DNA of 64,000 bases from Bdellovibrionales bacterium (GCA_031426555.1 JANPLN010000030.1:64001-128000); one strand, 5' to 3'. Positions 20,301 to 29,886 are shown, counted from the stretch's first letter. A program made the numbers and translations. Notes: generated by a model from the sequence alone, not told the origin.

Positions 20301-20466
20301 CTGCGCCTTCGTACTGCACACTGATACTTAATACTGGAAAGTCCACATCCGGCATTTGACTGACACCGAGGCGACCAAAACTGATTCCGCCAAAAATGAT
20401 GAGGGCTGCCATGAGGATCCAGGCAAAAACAGGTCGTTGAATTGAGAGGGCAATGAGCGATTTCAT
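17395..20466 (-). CDS. RND efflux permease (AcrB/AcrD/AcrF family)
   Basis: 1023 aa; IQRPVFA, MPDVDFP, VVDDAIMLLENI, KKNSILLVEF and RLRPIIMT motifs. Confidence 0.95.
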   Translation of the reverse strand: MKSLIALSIQRPVFAWILMAALIIFGGISFGRLGVSQMPDVDFPVLSISVQYEGAAPEVVETELIDPMEQNLLSVEGIQEMRSSVQTGQGNISLTFDISRDINVALQEVQSALSSVRLPQQVDPPVIRKSNPEESPIIFIGVSSDRPLRETLEWVDSFLLDQFRFLPGIGEVSIAGYSARNLRIWPDIQKLAKYELTISDIASALESQHLESAAGQFSDGKNEYRVRWLGEAATADQVSGLRILRRGGQIIQDQKLTIGDVARVEDGLSDLRRTARVDGREAVSISIRKQRGGNEVALAEVVQKKVEELQKSIPKDYKLQINVDFTKATKAVVSTTQEKLIFASIVTILVCFLFLGSLGAAINILFSIPTSIVGTFIVVYFAGFTLNLFSLLALTLAISIVVDDAIMLLENIVRHHRMGKSATQAAYDGSVEILPAAIAATLAVVAVFLPVVFMSGVIGKFFFQFGVTMSVAVLLSLLEAVTITPMRAAAFLSQSPKISKFEMKLDHLFDKINAAYQNLLRKTLEHSKKIVFGATILFLVSLFLVQRIRQEFVPSQDQNVVMLNSQLKPGSSLEATYIKALEIEKVLKANKNVVSFFLSIGGGPGASSVNQIFIPINLTLREERSITHTQIMDELREELKVVEGVRFSFRDISARGLTSGRLNPLSFNITGPDLQVLNQKAEEIMEQLSKEGLAVDLDTDFKLGLPELLIRPERKRMAESGVTISSVATALNAAVAGARQSQFTSGGRRYDIRIKLEDEDLRSYKDISKVLVRNDFGLAIPIDQFVDFENQKTFQSINRLNRQRTVGVFGNLAKGVGQAKALDRAAQIARTALPKGYGFSLEGTAAGLNDSFKNLAYALLVGILVAYMVLAIQFNSFILPISVLAALPFSITGALLILWAGDVSLNLFSFIGVIVLMGIAKKNSILLVEFTNRLRDEKNLGVTEALIEACPVRLRPIIMTSVATVAAALPLVFGNSIGQETRTPMGLTIVGGIVVSTVFTLVVVPSIYLLLSKFERRKKILLT

Positions 20467-20514
20467 GAATGTAAATCTCCTGGCTAAATTTCCCTACTGC
20501 TTACAAAAGGTCTG

Positions 20515-21930
20515 TCAAATATCCGTCGTAAATAATCGGGCCTGGCTTTCCACCTTGTGAAGTTCTGAAAGAAAAGTCAGGCGACGTGCTGAAGCTTCGG
20601 CAGCTTCGATTTCAAAGGACACAAGTTGAAACAATGTGGACCGACCAATTTTGTAGCGTCGCCGTTCTTCGATGACCTTTTGATTTTGAAATTCCGATAA
20701 ACGACTGGCCTCTTGCGTTTGGGTCTGCAAAACTTTTTGTCGGCGCTCTAAATCGGTCCAGCCGAACTCAGAAGTTCGTGTTTGATTTTGCGCCTCCAAG
20801 CGCCGGGCCTCTGCTTGCAGCTGCGCGGACTTAAACTGTTTGTTGGCCAAACCGCGATGCAGAGGAACACTGAAGTTCACACCCACACGGGTGCCACTGT
20901 AGCGCCCATTGCCAGCATCGGACCAAGAATTATAAAATGAATCGGCAATTCCGTTTTGACCGTAGCCAACATAAACATCAAAGAGCGGTTTGAGTTGTTC
21001 GCGAACTCTTTTGGCTTCGAGTTCAGCTTGTTGAGCCAACGCTCGGGAGGAGAGTGAATCCCATCGCTGCGGTGGTCCGTTGCCGGTGTCAGTACCAGTC
21101 ATCGCACCATTGCCAGAGATCAAACTGCGCAGCGTTCGCTCCTGCGTGAGAGCCTCTGGGGGAAGTTGAAGCTCTTCGAGCTTTACTTGCGGAAGTGCAC
21201 TTTGGAAGCGAGTGACGAGGCCCGCTAATTGGTTTTGCACGGTGATGAGATCCAACTGTTGCCCACTCACAAGGGCTTGTATTTGCAACAAATCTGCTTT
21301 TTCTGCCGCCAGTTTACTGACTCGTCCCTGCATCCATTTGAGCAGATCGCGACTCGTTTGCAGATTGGTGGAGCGAATTTGCTCCTCTTGCTTAAGGGTC
21401 ACGTAATCCCAGTACATGGCTTCGAGATCGATGAGCAGTAACTGCTTTTCGTAGATCAAAGCCGCGCGGCGACTTTGCAGTTCCTGCTGCTCTCCGCGAT
21501 GTCTTAGCGACGTTGCGTGGCCAAAGCTATCCCGCCAGAGGGATTGGGTCAGGCGTGTTTCCCAAATTGCGAACTGAAAAAGGCCTCGTCCATCAATAAT
21601 GGCTCGTTCGTGTCCTGCCGTGGCCGTGAGTAATGTACCGGTAGAGAAAGGTTGCGTGAACGTTAAATTGGCCAGTCGGGAACGGGAGCGCCTCGCAAAG
21701 GTAATTGCTTCCTGATCATTATTAAAATTTTCTGCGTTGAGGGAAAGTACGGACGATAAAACAAAGTCGCGTCCTTCGATCTCGTAGTTGAGAGATTCTA
21801 GACGTCTATCAATGGATAAAAAAATCTCGGATTGTTTTTGCGCCACCTCTAAGAATTTTTCCACAGAGGCAAAAAGACTTAACGGATAAAAAACGAAGAA
21901 TACGAGCAGGATCTTCCAACCAACAAACAT
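20515..21930 (-). CDS. TolC-family outer membrane protein
   Basis: Signal peptide; LTQSLW, GVNFSVPL and RRYKIGRST patterns; adjacent to the RND gene. Confidence 0.85.
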   Translation of the reverse strand: MFVGWKILLVFFVFYPLSLFASVEKFLEVAQKQSEIFLSIDRRLESLNYEIEGRDFVLSSVLSLNAENFNNDQEAITFARRSRSRLANLTFTQPFSTGTLLTATAGHERAIIDGRGLFQFAIWETRLTQSLWRDSFGHATSLRHRGEQQELQSRRAALIYEKQLLLIDLEAMYWDYVTLKQEEQIRSTNLQTSRDLLKWMQGRVSKLAAEKADLLQIQALVSGQQLDLITVQNQLAGLVTRFQSALPQVKLEELQLPPEALTQERTLRSLISGNGAMTGTDTGNGPPQRWDSLSSRALAQQAELEAKRVREQLKPLFDVYVGYGQNGIADSFYNSWSDAGNGRYSGTRVGVNFSVPLHRGLANKQFKSAQLQAEARRLEAQNQTRTSEFGWTDLERRQKVLQTQTQEASRLSEFQNQKVIEERRRYKIGRSTLFQLVSFEIEAAEASARRLTFLSELHKVESQARLFTTDI

Positions 21931-22040
21931 TACGAAATTGTAACGGACGCCTTAAGGAAGGGGCACTAAAAAGCGTATTTTGCATTGAGTAAATAATTTT
22001 TCGCGTATTCATAATCACTACATTTTCACTTAGAAAAAAA

Positions 22041-22526
22041 TCAAGCGTCGCCTCGTGTTGGGCGATGGGCGGCGCTGCCTGAACCTCTCCATAGAACAGT
22101 GGTGTAAGAACCATTTTTGGTTTTTTCGGACTGCATGTCGATATCAACTACAATCGTGGCCCCTTTTTGTGCGGCCTGAAAGGCGAGAGACATCAGAACA
22201 TCTTCTTCGTCATCGCAGTTTTCCACCGTCAAAACCGGCTCAAGTCGTCGCATCAATCGAGTTTCTTTGCCATCGGTGCGTCGGTAGAACACTTCGGTGA
22301 TTTTCGCACGTTCTAAAACCTCTTCATATTTTTGCAATGCCCGGGCAGTGTTTTTTTGAAAACAGGTTGGGCATTGAGTGCCTAAATTTATTTTTTCAAG
22401 AAAAAGGGGCAAGTAAGGATAATTGGACTCATCGATAAAGTGAGCACAATCCTTACAAAGATTTTCTTCGCAAAGCGAGCAGACGAGGGGAGCTTTTGCT
22501 TTCAAACACGAGCAGCATGCCGACAT
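22041..22526 (-). CDS. Cys-rich zinc-finger protein with YbjQ-like C-terminal domain
   Basis: Four CxxC pairs; C-terminal LAFQAAQKGATIVVDID...WRGSGSA. Confidence 0.65.
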   Translation of the reverse strand: MSACCSCLKAKAPLVCSLCEENLCKDCAHFIDESNYPYLPLFLEKINLGTQCPTCFQKNTARALQKYEEVLERAKITEVFYRRTDGKETRLMRRLEPVLTVENCDDEEDVLMSLAFQAAQKGATIVVDIDMQSEKTKNGSYTTVLWRGSGSAAHRPTRGDA

Positions 22527-22535
22527 AATTACATC

Positions 22536-23819
22536 CTATGAAGTTAAAATTCCCGCAAAACAGGCGGTGATAAAAGAAGACAACGAACCGCCCAAAACTG
22601 CAAGCAAACCAAAGCGCGCGAGCTCCGATTTTTTATTTGGTACCAGGCTGCCAATGCCGCCAATTTGAATGGCGATGGACGAAAAGTTGGCAAAGCCACA
22701 CAAAGCGTAAGACGCAATCAGCACGCTGCGCGGTTGGTATAGCGAGCCTTGCTTGGCGAGGTCGAGGTAGGCGACAAATTCATTGAACACGGTTTTTTTA
22801 CCGAGGATGGCAGAGATGGGCCCCACGTCTTGCAGGGGTATACCCATAAAGAATGAGACTGGCGAAAACAGCCAGCTCATAAACCAAGAGAGGGAAAGCT
22901 GGGGGGCTTCGGCAGTGAGTGTGGGCGCCCACTCGTGAAATAAAATGCTATGGCCCAAAGCGATCAGCAGATAATCAAACAGAGAGATCAAGGCAATAAA
23001 AGCCATCAGCATGCCTCCCACATTAATGGCGAGGGAAACACCCTCACTTGCGCCATTGGCAGCGGCTTCGATCACATTGGTGTGCAGGCTGTTTTTTTGC
23101 TCGGGGATTCGTCCGAGAGTTTCTGGAATTTTTACTTCGGGAACTAAAATTTTGGCCACCATCAATGCAGCGGGCGCCGAAATCACGCTGGCCGTGAGAA
23201 GATGGCCGCCAATATTTGGCACCAAATGTTTTAAAAAACCTACATAAGCGGCGAGCACTCCGCCGGCCACATTGGCCATGCCCCCCACCATAATCGAAAA
23301 CAATTCCGACGACGTCACATTTGGCAAGTACGGTTTAATCACTAAGGGCGCCTCTGACTGACCCACAAAAATATTTGCGGCCGAAGACAGAGATTCGGCG
23401 CCGCTGACTTTTAATGTTTTGTGCATGAGCCACGCGAAAAATTTGACGATCCATTGCATGAAGCCCACATGGTACAAAACCGACATCAAGGACGACATAA
23501 ACACAATGGTGGGGAGCACAGAGAAGGCGATGATATAGCCGTGCTTTTGCGTGTCGAGAAGCGAGCCAAATAAAAATCGGCTGCCTTCATCGGAAAAATT
23601 TAACATTTTTAGAATAACGCCGTTGGCAGCTTCGAAGATAAATGCGAGGGGACCTTCGAAGCCCAGGAAGGGGGCGCCGAGAACCAGCAGGGCAAGAACA
23701 GATTGCAAAAGAAAGGCTCTGAACACCAATTGCCAATCAATTCGCTGACGGTTGTTTGAGAACAAAACCGCAACGCCGACAAACACCCCAATGCCGCAAA
23801 AACTTATCAATTGATACAC
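22536..23819 (-). CDS. NupC/CNT-family concentrative nucleoside transporter
   Basis: GSRFLFG, VLPTIVF, AANIFVGQSEAP, NEFVAY and ALCGFANFSSIAIQIGG; likely GTG start at 23819. Confidence 0.93.
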   Translation of the reverse strand: MYQLISFCGIGVFVGVAVLFSNNRQRIDWQLVFRAFLLQSVLALLVLGAPFLGFEGPLAFIFEAANGVILKMLNFSDEGSRFLFGSLLDTQKHGYIIAFSVLPTIVFMSSLMSVLYHVGFMQWIVKFFAWLMHKTLKVSGAESLSSAANIFVGQSEAPLVIKPYLPNVTSSELFSIMVGGMANVAGGVLAAYVGFLKHLVPNIGGHLLTASVISAPAALMVAKILVPEVKIPETLGRIPEQKNSLHTNVIEAAANGASEGVSLAINVGGMLMAFIALISLFDYLLIALGHSILFHEWAPTLTAEAPQLSLSWFMSWLFSPVSFFMGIPLQDVGPISAILGKKTVFNEFVAYLDLAKQGSLYQPRSVLIASYALCGFANFSSIAIQIGGIGSLVPNKKSELARFGLLAVLGGSLSSFITACFAGILTS

Positions 23820-23982
23820 CGGCAACGTGTATCGTAAAAGGGACCAATGAGGGAGATGCAGTGCGCAGTTCACGCTGATTGAGACGCGTGTGCCTATTTT
23901 TGTTGCTACGGCGGATTTTTTCCAGTGGTCAGCAAGGAATAGTCGTTTACCCTGGCGCGGGATTTGATAGGGTTTATCGATA

Positions 23983-25524
23983 ATGGAAGATATCTTACAG
24001 ACGCATTTTTCGATGCCGGCCTTTCGCAAGGGACAAAAAGACATTATTAAGTCTGTATTGGACGGCAAAGACACCATCGCTGTTTTACCCACCGGCGGCG
24101 GGAAATCGCTTTGTTACCAGTATCCAGCGGTTTTTAAAAATCAGTTAGTTATTGTGGTGTCGCCTTTGATCGCGTTGATGAACGACCAGGTCGAAAGTTT
24201 AACCCGTATGGGAATCCCGGCAGGCTGTGTTCACTCGGATCAAAGCACCGAGCAAAAACGTGAGATGTTTCAGCGTTTGCAGCGCGGAGGGGCTTTTGTT
24301 TTGTATGTTTCGCCCGAGCGAACGCAAAAAGAGGCCTTTTTAAATTGGGTGCAAAAAATTCCCGTGGCGCTGTTTGCGATTGATGAAGCGCACTGCGTGT
24401 CGGTGTGGGGACATGATTTTCGCGAAGAGTATTCGCTTTTAAATAAACTCAAAGAGCTTCGCCCAGATGTGCCGATGTTGGCATTGACGGCATCGGCCAC
24501 TCCTTTTGTGATCAAGGACATCGCCAAGCAGTTAACACTCGTTACACCGTCGCGCCATGTACACGGGTTTTATCGCAGCAATTTGTATTACCAGGTAGAA
24601 AATTGCGCCGACGAGTTCGAAAAGCTAGAGTTATTGCAAAAGGCGCTTTCGCAAACTCCCGAGGGGCGCGTGATTGTTTATTGTGGGACACGCAGCCGAA
24701 CAGAAGAAATCGCAGAGATTTTATCGCGAGAGTTTTCGGGCGTTGATTTTTACCATGCGGGAATGGGCGGAGAGCAGCGGCAAAAAAAGCAGGAAGATTA
24801 CAATCGAGGGTCTACGCGAATTCTCCTTGCGACCAATGCCTTCGGCATGGGAATCGATCATCCTGATGTGCGCTTGGTGGTGCATTACCAAATGCCCGCC
24901 AATATCGATTCGCTTTATCAGGAAATGGGTCGGGCCGGGCGCGATGGCAAGATGTCCACTTGTTTGTTGTTATATGCAAAAAAAGACAAAGGTCTGCAGT
25001 CATTTTTTATTCAGAACTCAAAGGCACCGGCTTCGGTACAAAGTTCTCGCTGGCGGGCGCTGGAAAATCTCGTGGGGTATGCCGAAGGCGGTGAGTGCCG
25101 GCATGCGGAAATTTTAACTTACTATCAAGACTCCCAGCGGATTGAAAGCTGCGGTCACTGCGATGTGTGCGCGCCCGAGTCCACTTTGCGAATTAAAAAG
25201 CCAGTGTTTTCCGCGACAGCGCGCGGGCCTGTGGCATCGAGCGCCGCGGTGAGGAAAACAAAAAGTCGTTCCTCCAAAGGCGCCGCCGAGAACGCGGAAC
25301 TGACAAAAGATCAACTTCGCATTTTCGAAATATTAAAGCTGTGGCGAAAAGACAAAGCCAAGGAGCTCGACACGCCAGCTTTTATTATCTTTAGCGATAA
25401 AACATTGCGCGATCTTGCGCGCAAACACCCCGTGAAGATGGACGAATTCAAAAGCGTCTACGGCATGGGCGAGTTTAAAATCGAAAAATTTGGCAAAGAG
25501 CTTCTCATGGGACCGCTTTCTTAA
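23983..25524 (+). CDS. recQ: RecQ-family DNA helicase with HRDC domain
   Basis: PTGGGKSLCYQ, DEAHCVSVWGHDFR, ATNAFGMGID, QEMGRAGRDG, Zn-binding Cys motifs and PAFIIFSDKTL. Confidence 0.95.
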   Translation: MEDILQTHFSMPAFRKGQKDIIKSVLDGKDTIAVLPTGGGKSLCYQYPAVFKNQLVIVVSPLIALMNDQVESLTRMGIPAGCVHSDQSTEQKREMFQRLQRGGAFVLYVSPERTQKEAFLNWVQKIPVALFAIDEAHCVSVWGHDFREEYSLLNKLKELRPDVPMLALTASATPFVIKDIAKQLTLVTPSRHVHGFYRSNLYYQVENCADEFEKLELLQKALSQTPEGRVIVYCGTRSRTEEIAEILSREFSGVDFYHAGMGGEQRQKKQEDYNRGSTRILLATNAFGMGIDHPDVRLVVHYQMPANIDSLYQEMGRAGRDGKMSTCLLLYAKKDKGLQSFFIQNSKAPASVQSSRWRALENLVGYAEGGECRHAEILTYYQDSQRIESCGHCDVCAPESTLRIKKPVFSATARGPVASSAAVRKTKSRSSKGAAENAELTKDQLRIFEILKLWRKDKAKELDTPAFIIFSDKTLRDLARKHPVKMDEFKSVYGMGEFKIEKFGKELLMGPLS

Positions 25525-25540
25525 GCAGCCCAGTAAACTA

Positions 25541-26499
25541 TTATTCTTTTTTCAAGCGAATGGTTGCAACCTCGTAAAGATTGCTGCCGTCAACCTGAAC
25601 CAAGGTTCCAGTGAGGTCTCCCAAGCTCCAAATTTGCGCGATGAGAACTAATTTTCGCCTGGATGAAGAAACGTAAGTCGTTTCGATGGCCGGGTACTCC
25701 GACACCATTAATTCCGTGACGTCAAACAGGTTTTCTTCCTCTTGGAACACATAACTTTCACCGTTATAATTAATTGAGTTGCCAAATTTTACGATATATT
25801 TTTCGTTGGCGCTTTCGCGAATTTCTAGCTTCTGCAATTGATTTGTAGCAAAACCACTCATCAACGAAAATGCATCACCGGACCATGCTCCAAAATACTG
25901 CTTATAAAACAGTTGATTTGCATCAGAGCGATACTTTAGATCCACTTGGTCAGAGGTCGATTCATGCACGGTTTTACCGTCTTTAACTACTTTTCGTGAA
26001 CGGTGCCACTCCAGCGATAGTTTGCCTTCCATTTTTTTGTCATTTTTAGAGATTTTCCCATCCATGCAATAATAAACAACGTATTCCTGGTTGTATCGAA
26101 GGATGTTGGAGCAGACTATAAACTGACTGGTTTCGCCGAGATCCTCGGAGATGTTTTCCCCGCCATCAAGCTGAAGGTTACTGTAGCCCTTCCCGAGGAC
26201 CAGAGGATTTTTGAAGTAATTCTTTACCGTCTCAGGATTGATATTTTGGCGGGTTAAAAGCTGAGTCTCTTGGGGAGTCAGTTCGCCGTTGCGAATCGCG
26301 GTGATAACAATGTCGTGGCGCCCAGATTCGTTTTTGATTTCGAACTGCAAATCCAATTGCGATCCAGCGTCAACGGTGGCCTTATACTGCCCCGAAATAT
26401 CGAGAGAGTTTTCACGTCGCTCTTTTTTTTGGCCTCCGAGGCGCACGAAACCAAAATCATCAACCCAAAGACCATTGTGAAAAGTTTTACGAATGTCAT
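25541..26499 (-). pseudogene. Lipoprotein split across two frames at an A8 tract (frameshift, slippage or sequence error)
   Basis: ATG 26499 with AGGAG SD encodes lipobox LVSC-ASEAKK; the body (ERRENSLDISGQY...) continues in the -1 frame after T8 at 26423-26430 (+ strand). Confidence 0.75.
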
Positions 26500-26679
26500 T
26501 GTTTCTCCTGAAATTTATAGGGAGCCAATATTACCATCGGCGGCGATCATTTGCTTTTATGCTCGAACACTAGAGCAACAATTACAAAGTTGTCAAAAGC
26601 TTAAACAGGCGGATCGCTCTTTCCTCTTTTTGTTGCCAGTAGATAACTAGCTGATTTGTGCAAGGTCGGTGCTCAGTCC

Positions 26680-27021
26680 TTAAGGAGGAGGGTTTCTCCT
26701 TGGACCGCGCATGGCATAAGGTACGATTCGGCTCACTTCACAGTCGTTCAGCAGAATGTAGTCCAGCACACTCAAGAAATCTCGCCCCCATGTGACCACC
26801 CTTGAATAGGGTTTCAATATCCAAAGCCCCTTTCCCAACTTTTGAGAAATGACTCCCGTGAGCGCTTGAGAAAAAAGATTTGCACTATTTTTAGATTTCA
26901 AAACAAAATGCAGAGGTTTACGACTGTCCAAAATACGAGCGATTTTGCGTTTTCCTTTTACAGATAAAGAGCCACCAAACTCCTTCACAGTTGGTTTAAA
27001 AAAACTCATTTGTCGGGCCAT
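26680..27021 (-). mobile_element. Internally deleted IS200/RAYT-like (Y1 HUH) transposase remnant
   Basis: FGGSL..GKRK.AR..PLHFVLKS N-terminus and LW..PYSRVV.WGRDF..VLDYILLN C-terminus, but no HUH motif; only about 113 aa. Confidence 0.6.
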
Positions 27022-27227
27022 TATTTTCTCCACTGTTTTCTCTTCTTAAAAAAACAATATACATCCATTTTTAAAAAACTATTTTTGAAGAAAATAAAAA
27101 ATAAAACCCCAACTAGATATAACGCTTTATCGTGTTTTAAACAGCGATAATAGCTTTGCCCCGAAGAGAAAATCGAATCACTGAACCGCTTGGTGAGTTT
27201 TCGACAAAAACCCTAATGAAGAAAATT

Positions 27228-27460
27228 TAAGGAGACAAAACAAGCGTCAAGGACTGGCGACGGTTGTCAGAAAATATTTATCAGAAACCTATTTTCAAAA
27301 AACCTACTTCGTACAGCTTTTTGGGAGCCCAATGCATTAATGGTGCTGGAGCGAATTTCGACTAACCAGGAGGATTGCAAGACTGGTGCTCTGTTGATCA
27401 GGAGGATCAGACGAAACGGGATTAAAAGGGCAGCGGCCCTTTTTGTTCAGGATGAACTTT
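27228..27460 (+). ncRNA. Candidate CsrA/RsmA-binding sRNA (multiple AGGA-loop hairpins)
   Basis: Hairpins with AGGAN loops at 27245-59, 27395-409 and 27445-57, plus CAGGAGG at 27367; no ORF called in this interval. Confidence 0.4.
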
Positions 27461-27491
27461 TCCACATAAAATAAAAACTTCTAAACGCAAT

Positions 27492-27519
27492 AAAAAAGGC
27501 TTCAAATATTTTTGAAGCC
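27492..27519 (-). terminator. Intrinsic terminator of the 27541 lipoprotein gene
   Basis: GGCTTCAAA-N4-TTTGAAGCC followed by U6 on the minus strand. Confidence 0.8.
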
Positions 27520-27540
27520 GTTAAGCTGAATGATTATTAA

Positions 27541-29886
27541 TTACTTCTTAATTTCTCGAAGCATTTCGCGCAAATCCAGCATTAAATCTTGTCGTCTGTT
27601 GCTGTACTCCAACATTTTCGCAGGGTACACTTTATCGTTATAAGCAGTCATGGCCACTTCGTAAGCCTGGAGTGCTTTTGGATAATTATCCACAGCGAGA
27701 TCCTGAGTGATTTTTTTTGCAAAAATCTCGATACCAGCATGATACTTCTGCTCATACGCGTTTAAATTCAAAGTACGACCTTTTTTAAGATCTTTACCAA
27801 CCAAGTTTAGAACTCTCGCGGGAACTTGCTTCACCAGTACGCTTTCGTCGGATGTGTAACTGTAGCGTTTTTGAGCAACGGGTTTAGTAGGTTCTACCAG
27901 ACCACTTGGTTTAAAGCCTTTGAGTGTGAGGTCAGAAAACTGTGACTTGGACGTATTCGTCGCCTCTAAATCAATCGGAAGTTTGATTTCGATTTCGCCA
28001 CGGTTTGCAAGTTCAAGAGAATGGATAGCTGTGTCGCCAATGGTTCCTGCTTGAAAATACTTTGCCATGTCTAAACTGTCATTTTGACCGTTAACGATAT
28101 CTACCATCGAAATTTCATACGAGATCTCGATGCGTTCGAGCACAGGTTGGCTGGCTAGATTTTCGAGAACTTCTTTGTTTTTTAAAAAAACATCGATCGC
28201 AGACGTATCTTTGCTTTCAATCGTTTCAAAGTCCGTGTACTTGCCGCCGTACCAATTTCGTTTTTCAACGGGCATGACTCTTTGAGTAACAACGATTTCA
28301 AAACCATTTTGTTGAGCTTGTTTAATTTCGTTTTCTAATTTGAGCTTAGTCAAAGAACGATCAATCAAACGTTCGAAATAATCCGCGTAAGTGCCCTCGA
28401 ACTTTTCAAGGGATCCATCTGTAGAAATCAGTTCAAAGCTTGTTTTGTGATTAAGAAGTCCAAGGGAATTGAGCTCCGAAATACATTCTTTTCCAACAAC
28501 ATCACATACATTTTGTTTGTTTTGGCTAAGAACGAAACTAGATGGCTTTGATAAGTTGAGGTTTTCAAGAGAGCGTATAGGTGTATTTAAGGGACGAACT
28601 TTTGTCATCTCGACAATCAATTTTTCTTTACGATCAAAACTCATATCAGAAGAACCGTAAAGGGAAATTTTCATGTTCACGCGAATTTGCTGAATGGGGC
28701 GTACAATCAGCCACATGTTGGCGTTGGCGTTGCCAGTTGTACTGGCGATCTCGGAAAGATTTTTATTGATTGAATCACGTAAAACTTTTATTTCAGCTGC
28801 AGTTCCAGTAACAATAAACGAATCATCCACACGACTGACTTCTTTTTTAGTCTTAACATACATCGTACGGGTCTGATTTTTATTTCCAATAGCTGCGGAT
28901 CGATCTCCAGTAGAAATTTTGAATTCAGGAAGGTATGCTTTGTGTGCATTGTCCGAGCTAAGACCTTCTTTGGTATTGAAGTTGATAATTTGTTGGCGAA
29001 CGGTCTCGATATTTTCAACGCTGCCGAACCCCCAAAGAGATACTCTAAAAGCAAAGTTGTCATTAGCTTGAATTTTTTCGAAAACATCGCCATTTCCTGA
29101 TTTGATAAAAAAGTCGCGCGCGGCTCCAACGTCAGCGGCAAATTTACTGATCTGTTCATTCAAGGCCAGCTGGTCATTAGCGAACTTCTCTTGAGCAATT
29201 TTTAACGTTTCTTGAGCCTGAGCCAAGGCTTTTTGGGCTGAGACCAAAGATTTTTCACGTGCGTCCAGTTCTTTAAGGTCCGTTTCGAGCTCTTTGAGTT
29301 GCTCGGCAAGATTTTTTTCAGTGGCCGCATACTTTTCGTTTCTAGATTTTTCTTCTTTATCAAGAGCAATTAATGTGTCTTTTTTTAATTTTTCTATGTC
29401 ACTGTTCGCGCGAGCTTTTTCGGTGGCGAGCTCAGATTTAACGCGATTAATTTCGGCAACAAGGTCACTTTTTTCCTGTGCAATGGTTTCACGAGTTTGA
29501 CTAAGAACCATCTCTTGCTTGGCGATTTCGCTGCGAATGACAGCGATTTTCTGTTCAATTTGGTTTAGGCGAGCGGAGGCATCGCGGATTTCTTCGTTCA
29601 ACTTACTAAGTTGATGTTCACGGTCGCTTCTTTGTCGAGAGAAAATCATTTCTTTTTCTTTAAGTTCTGTTTTCAGGGTTTCTGATTCTGAGATCAGTTG
29701 TTGTAATTGCGCGTTCAATTCTTGGTTCTTTTGAGTTTCACTTTTTGCTTTTTCAGTTTCTACAGCAAATTGACCCTTTTGATTCTCAAGATCTCTTTTT
29801 TCACTTTTATTGTTACATGCCATTAAGACTGAGGCGCAAATTCCGGTGGAAATTATTGTTCTGAAAACTTCTTTTTTATTAATCAT
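27541..29886 (-). CDS. Large lipoprotein with N-terminal coiled coil (~781 aa)
   Basis: Start MINKKEV (GGAGGA SD); lipobox LMAC; K/E/Q-rich heptads over about 250 aa. Confidence 0.85.
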   Translation of the reverse strand: MINKKEVFRTIISTGICASVLMACNNKSEKRDLENQKGQFAVETEKAKSETQKNQELNAQLQQLISESETLKTELKEKEMIFSRQRSDREHQLSKLNEEIRDASARLNQIEQKIAVIRSEIAKQEMVLSQTRETIAQEKSDLVAEINRVKSELATEKARANSDIEKLKKDTLIALDKEEKSRNEKYAATEKNLAEQLKELETDLKELDAREKSLVSAQKALAQAQETLKIAQEKFANDQLALNEQISKFAADVGAARDFFIKSGNGDVFEKIQANDNFAFRVSLWGFGSVENIETVRQQIINFNTKEGLSSDNAHKAYLPEFKISTGDRSAAIGNKNQTRTMYVKTKKEVSRVDDSFIVTGTAAEIKVLRDSINKNLSEIASTTGNANANMWLIVRPIQQIRVNMKISLYGSSDMSFDRKEKLIVEMTKVRPLNTPIRSLENLNLSKPSSFVLSQNKQNVCDVVGKECISELNSLGLLNHKTSFELISTDGSLEKFEGTYADYFERLIDRSLTKLKLENEIKQAQQNGFEIVVTQRVMPVEKRNWYGGKYTDFETIESKDTSAIDVFLKNKEVLENLASQPVLERIEISYEISMVDIVNGQNDSLDMAKYFQAGTIGDTAIHSLELANRGEIEIKLPIDLEATNTSKSQFSDLTLKGFKPSGLVEPTKPVAQKRYSYTSDESVLVKQVPARVLNLVGKDLKKGRTLNLNAYEQKYHAGIEIFAKKITQDLAVDNYPKALQAYEVAMTAYNDKVYPAKMLEYSNRRQDLMLDLREMLREIKK

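Noticed and set aside
23820..24092. N-terminal 91-aa extension of NupC in the ORF track
   Set aside because: Overlaps divergent recQ and its promoter; transporter-like sequence begins near GTG 23819.
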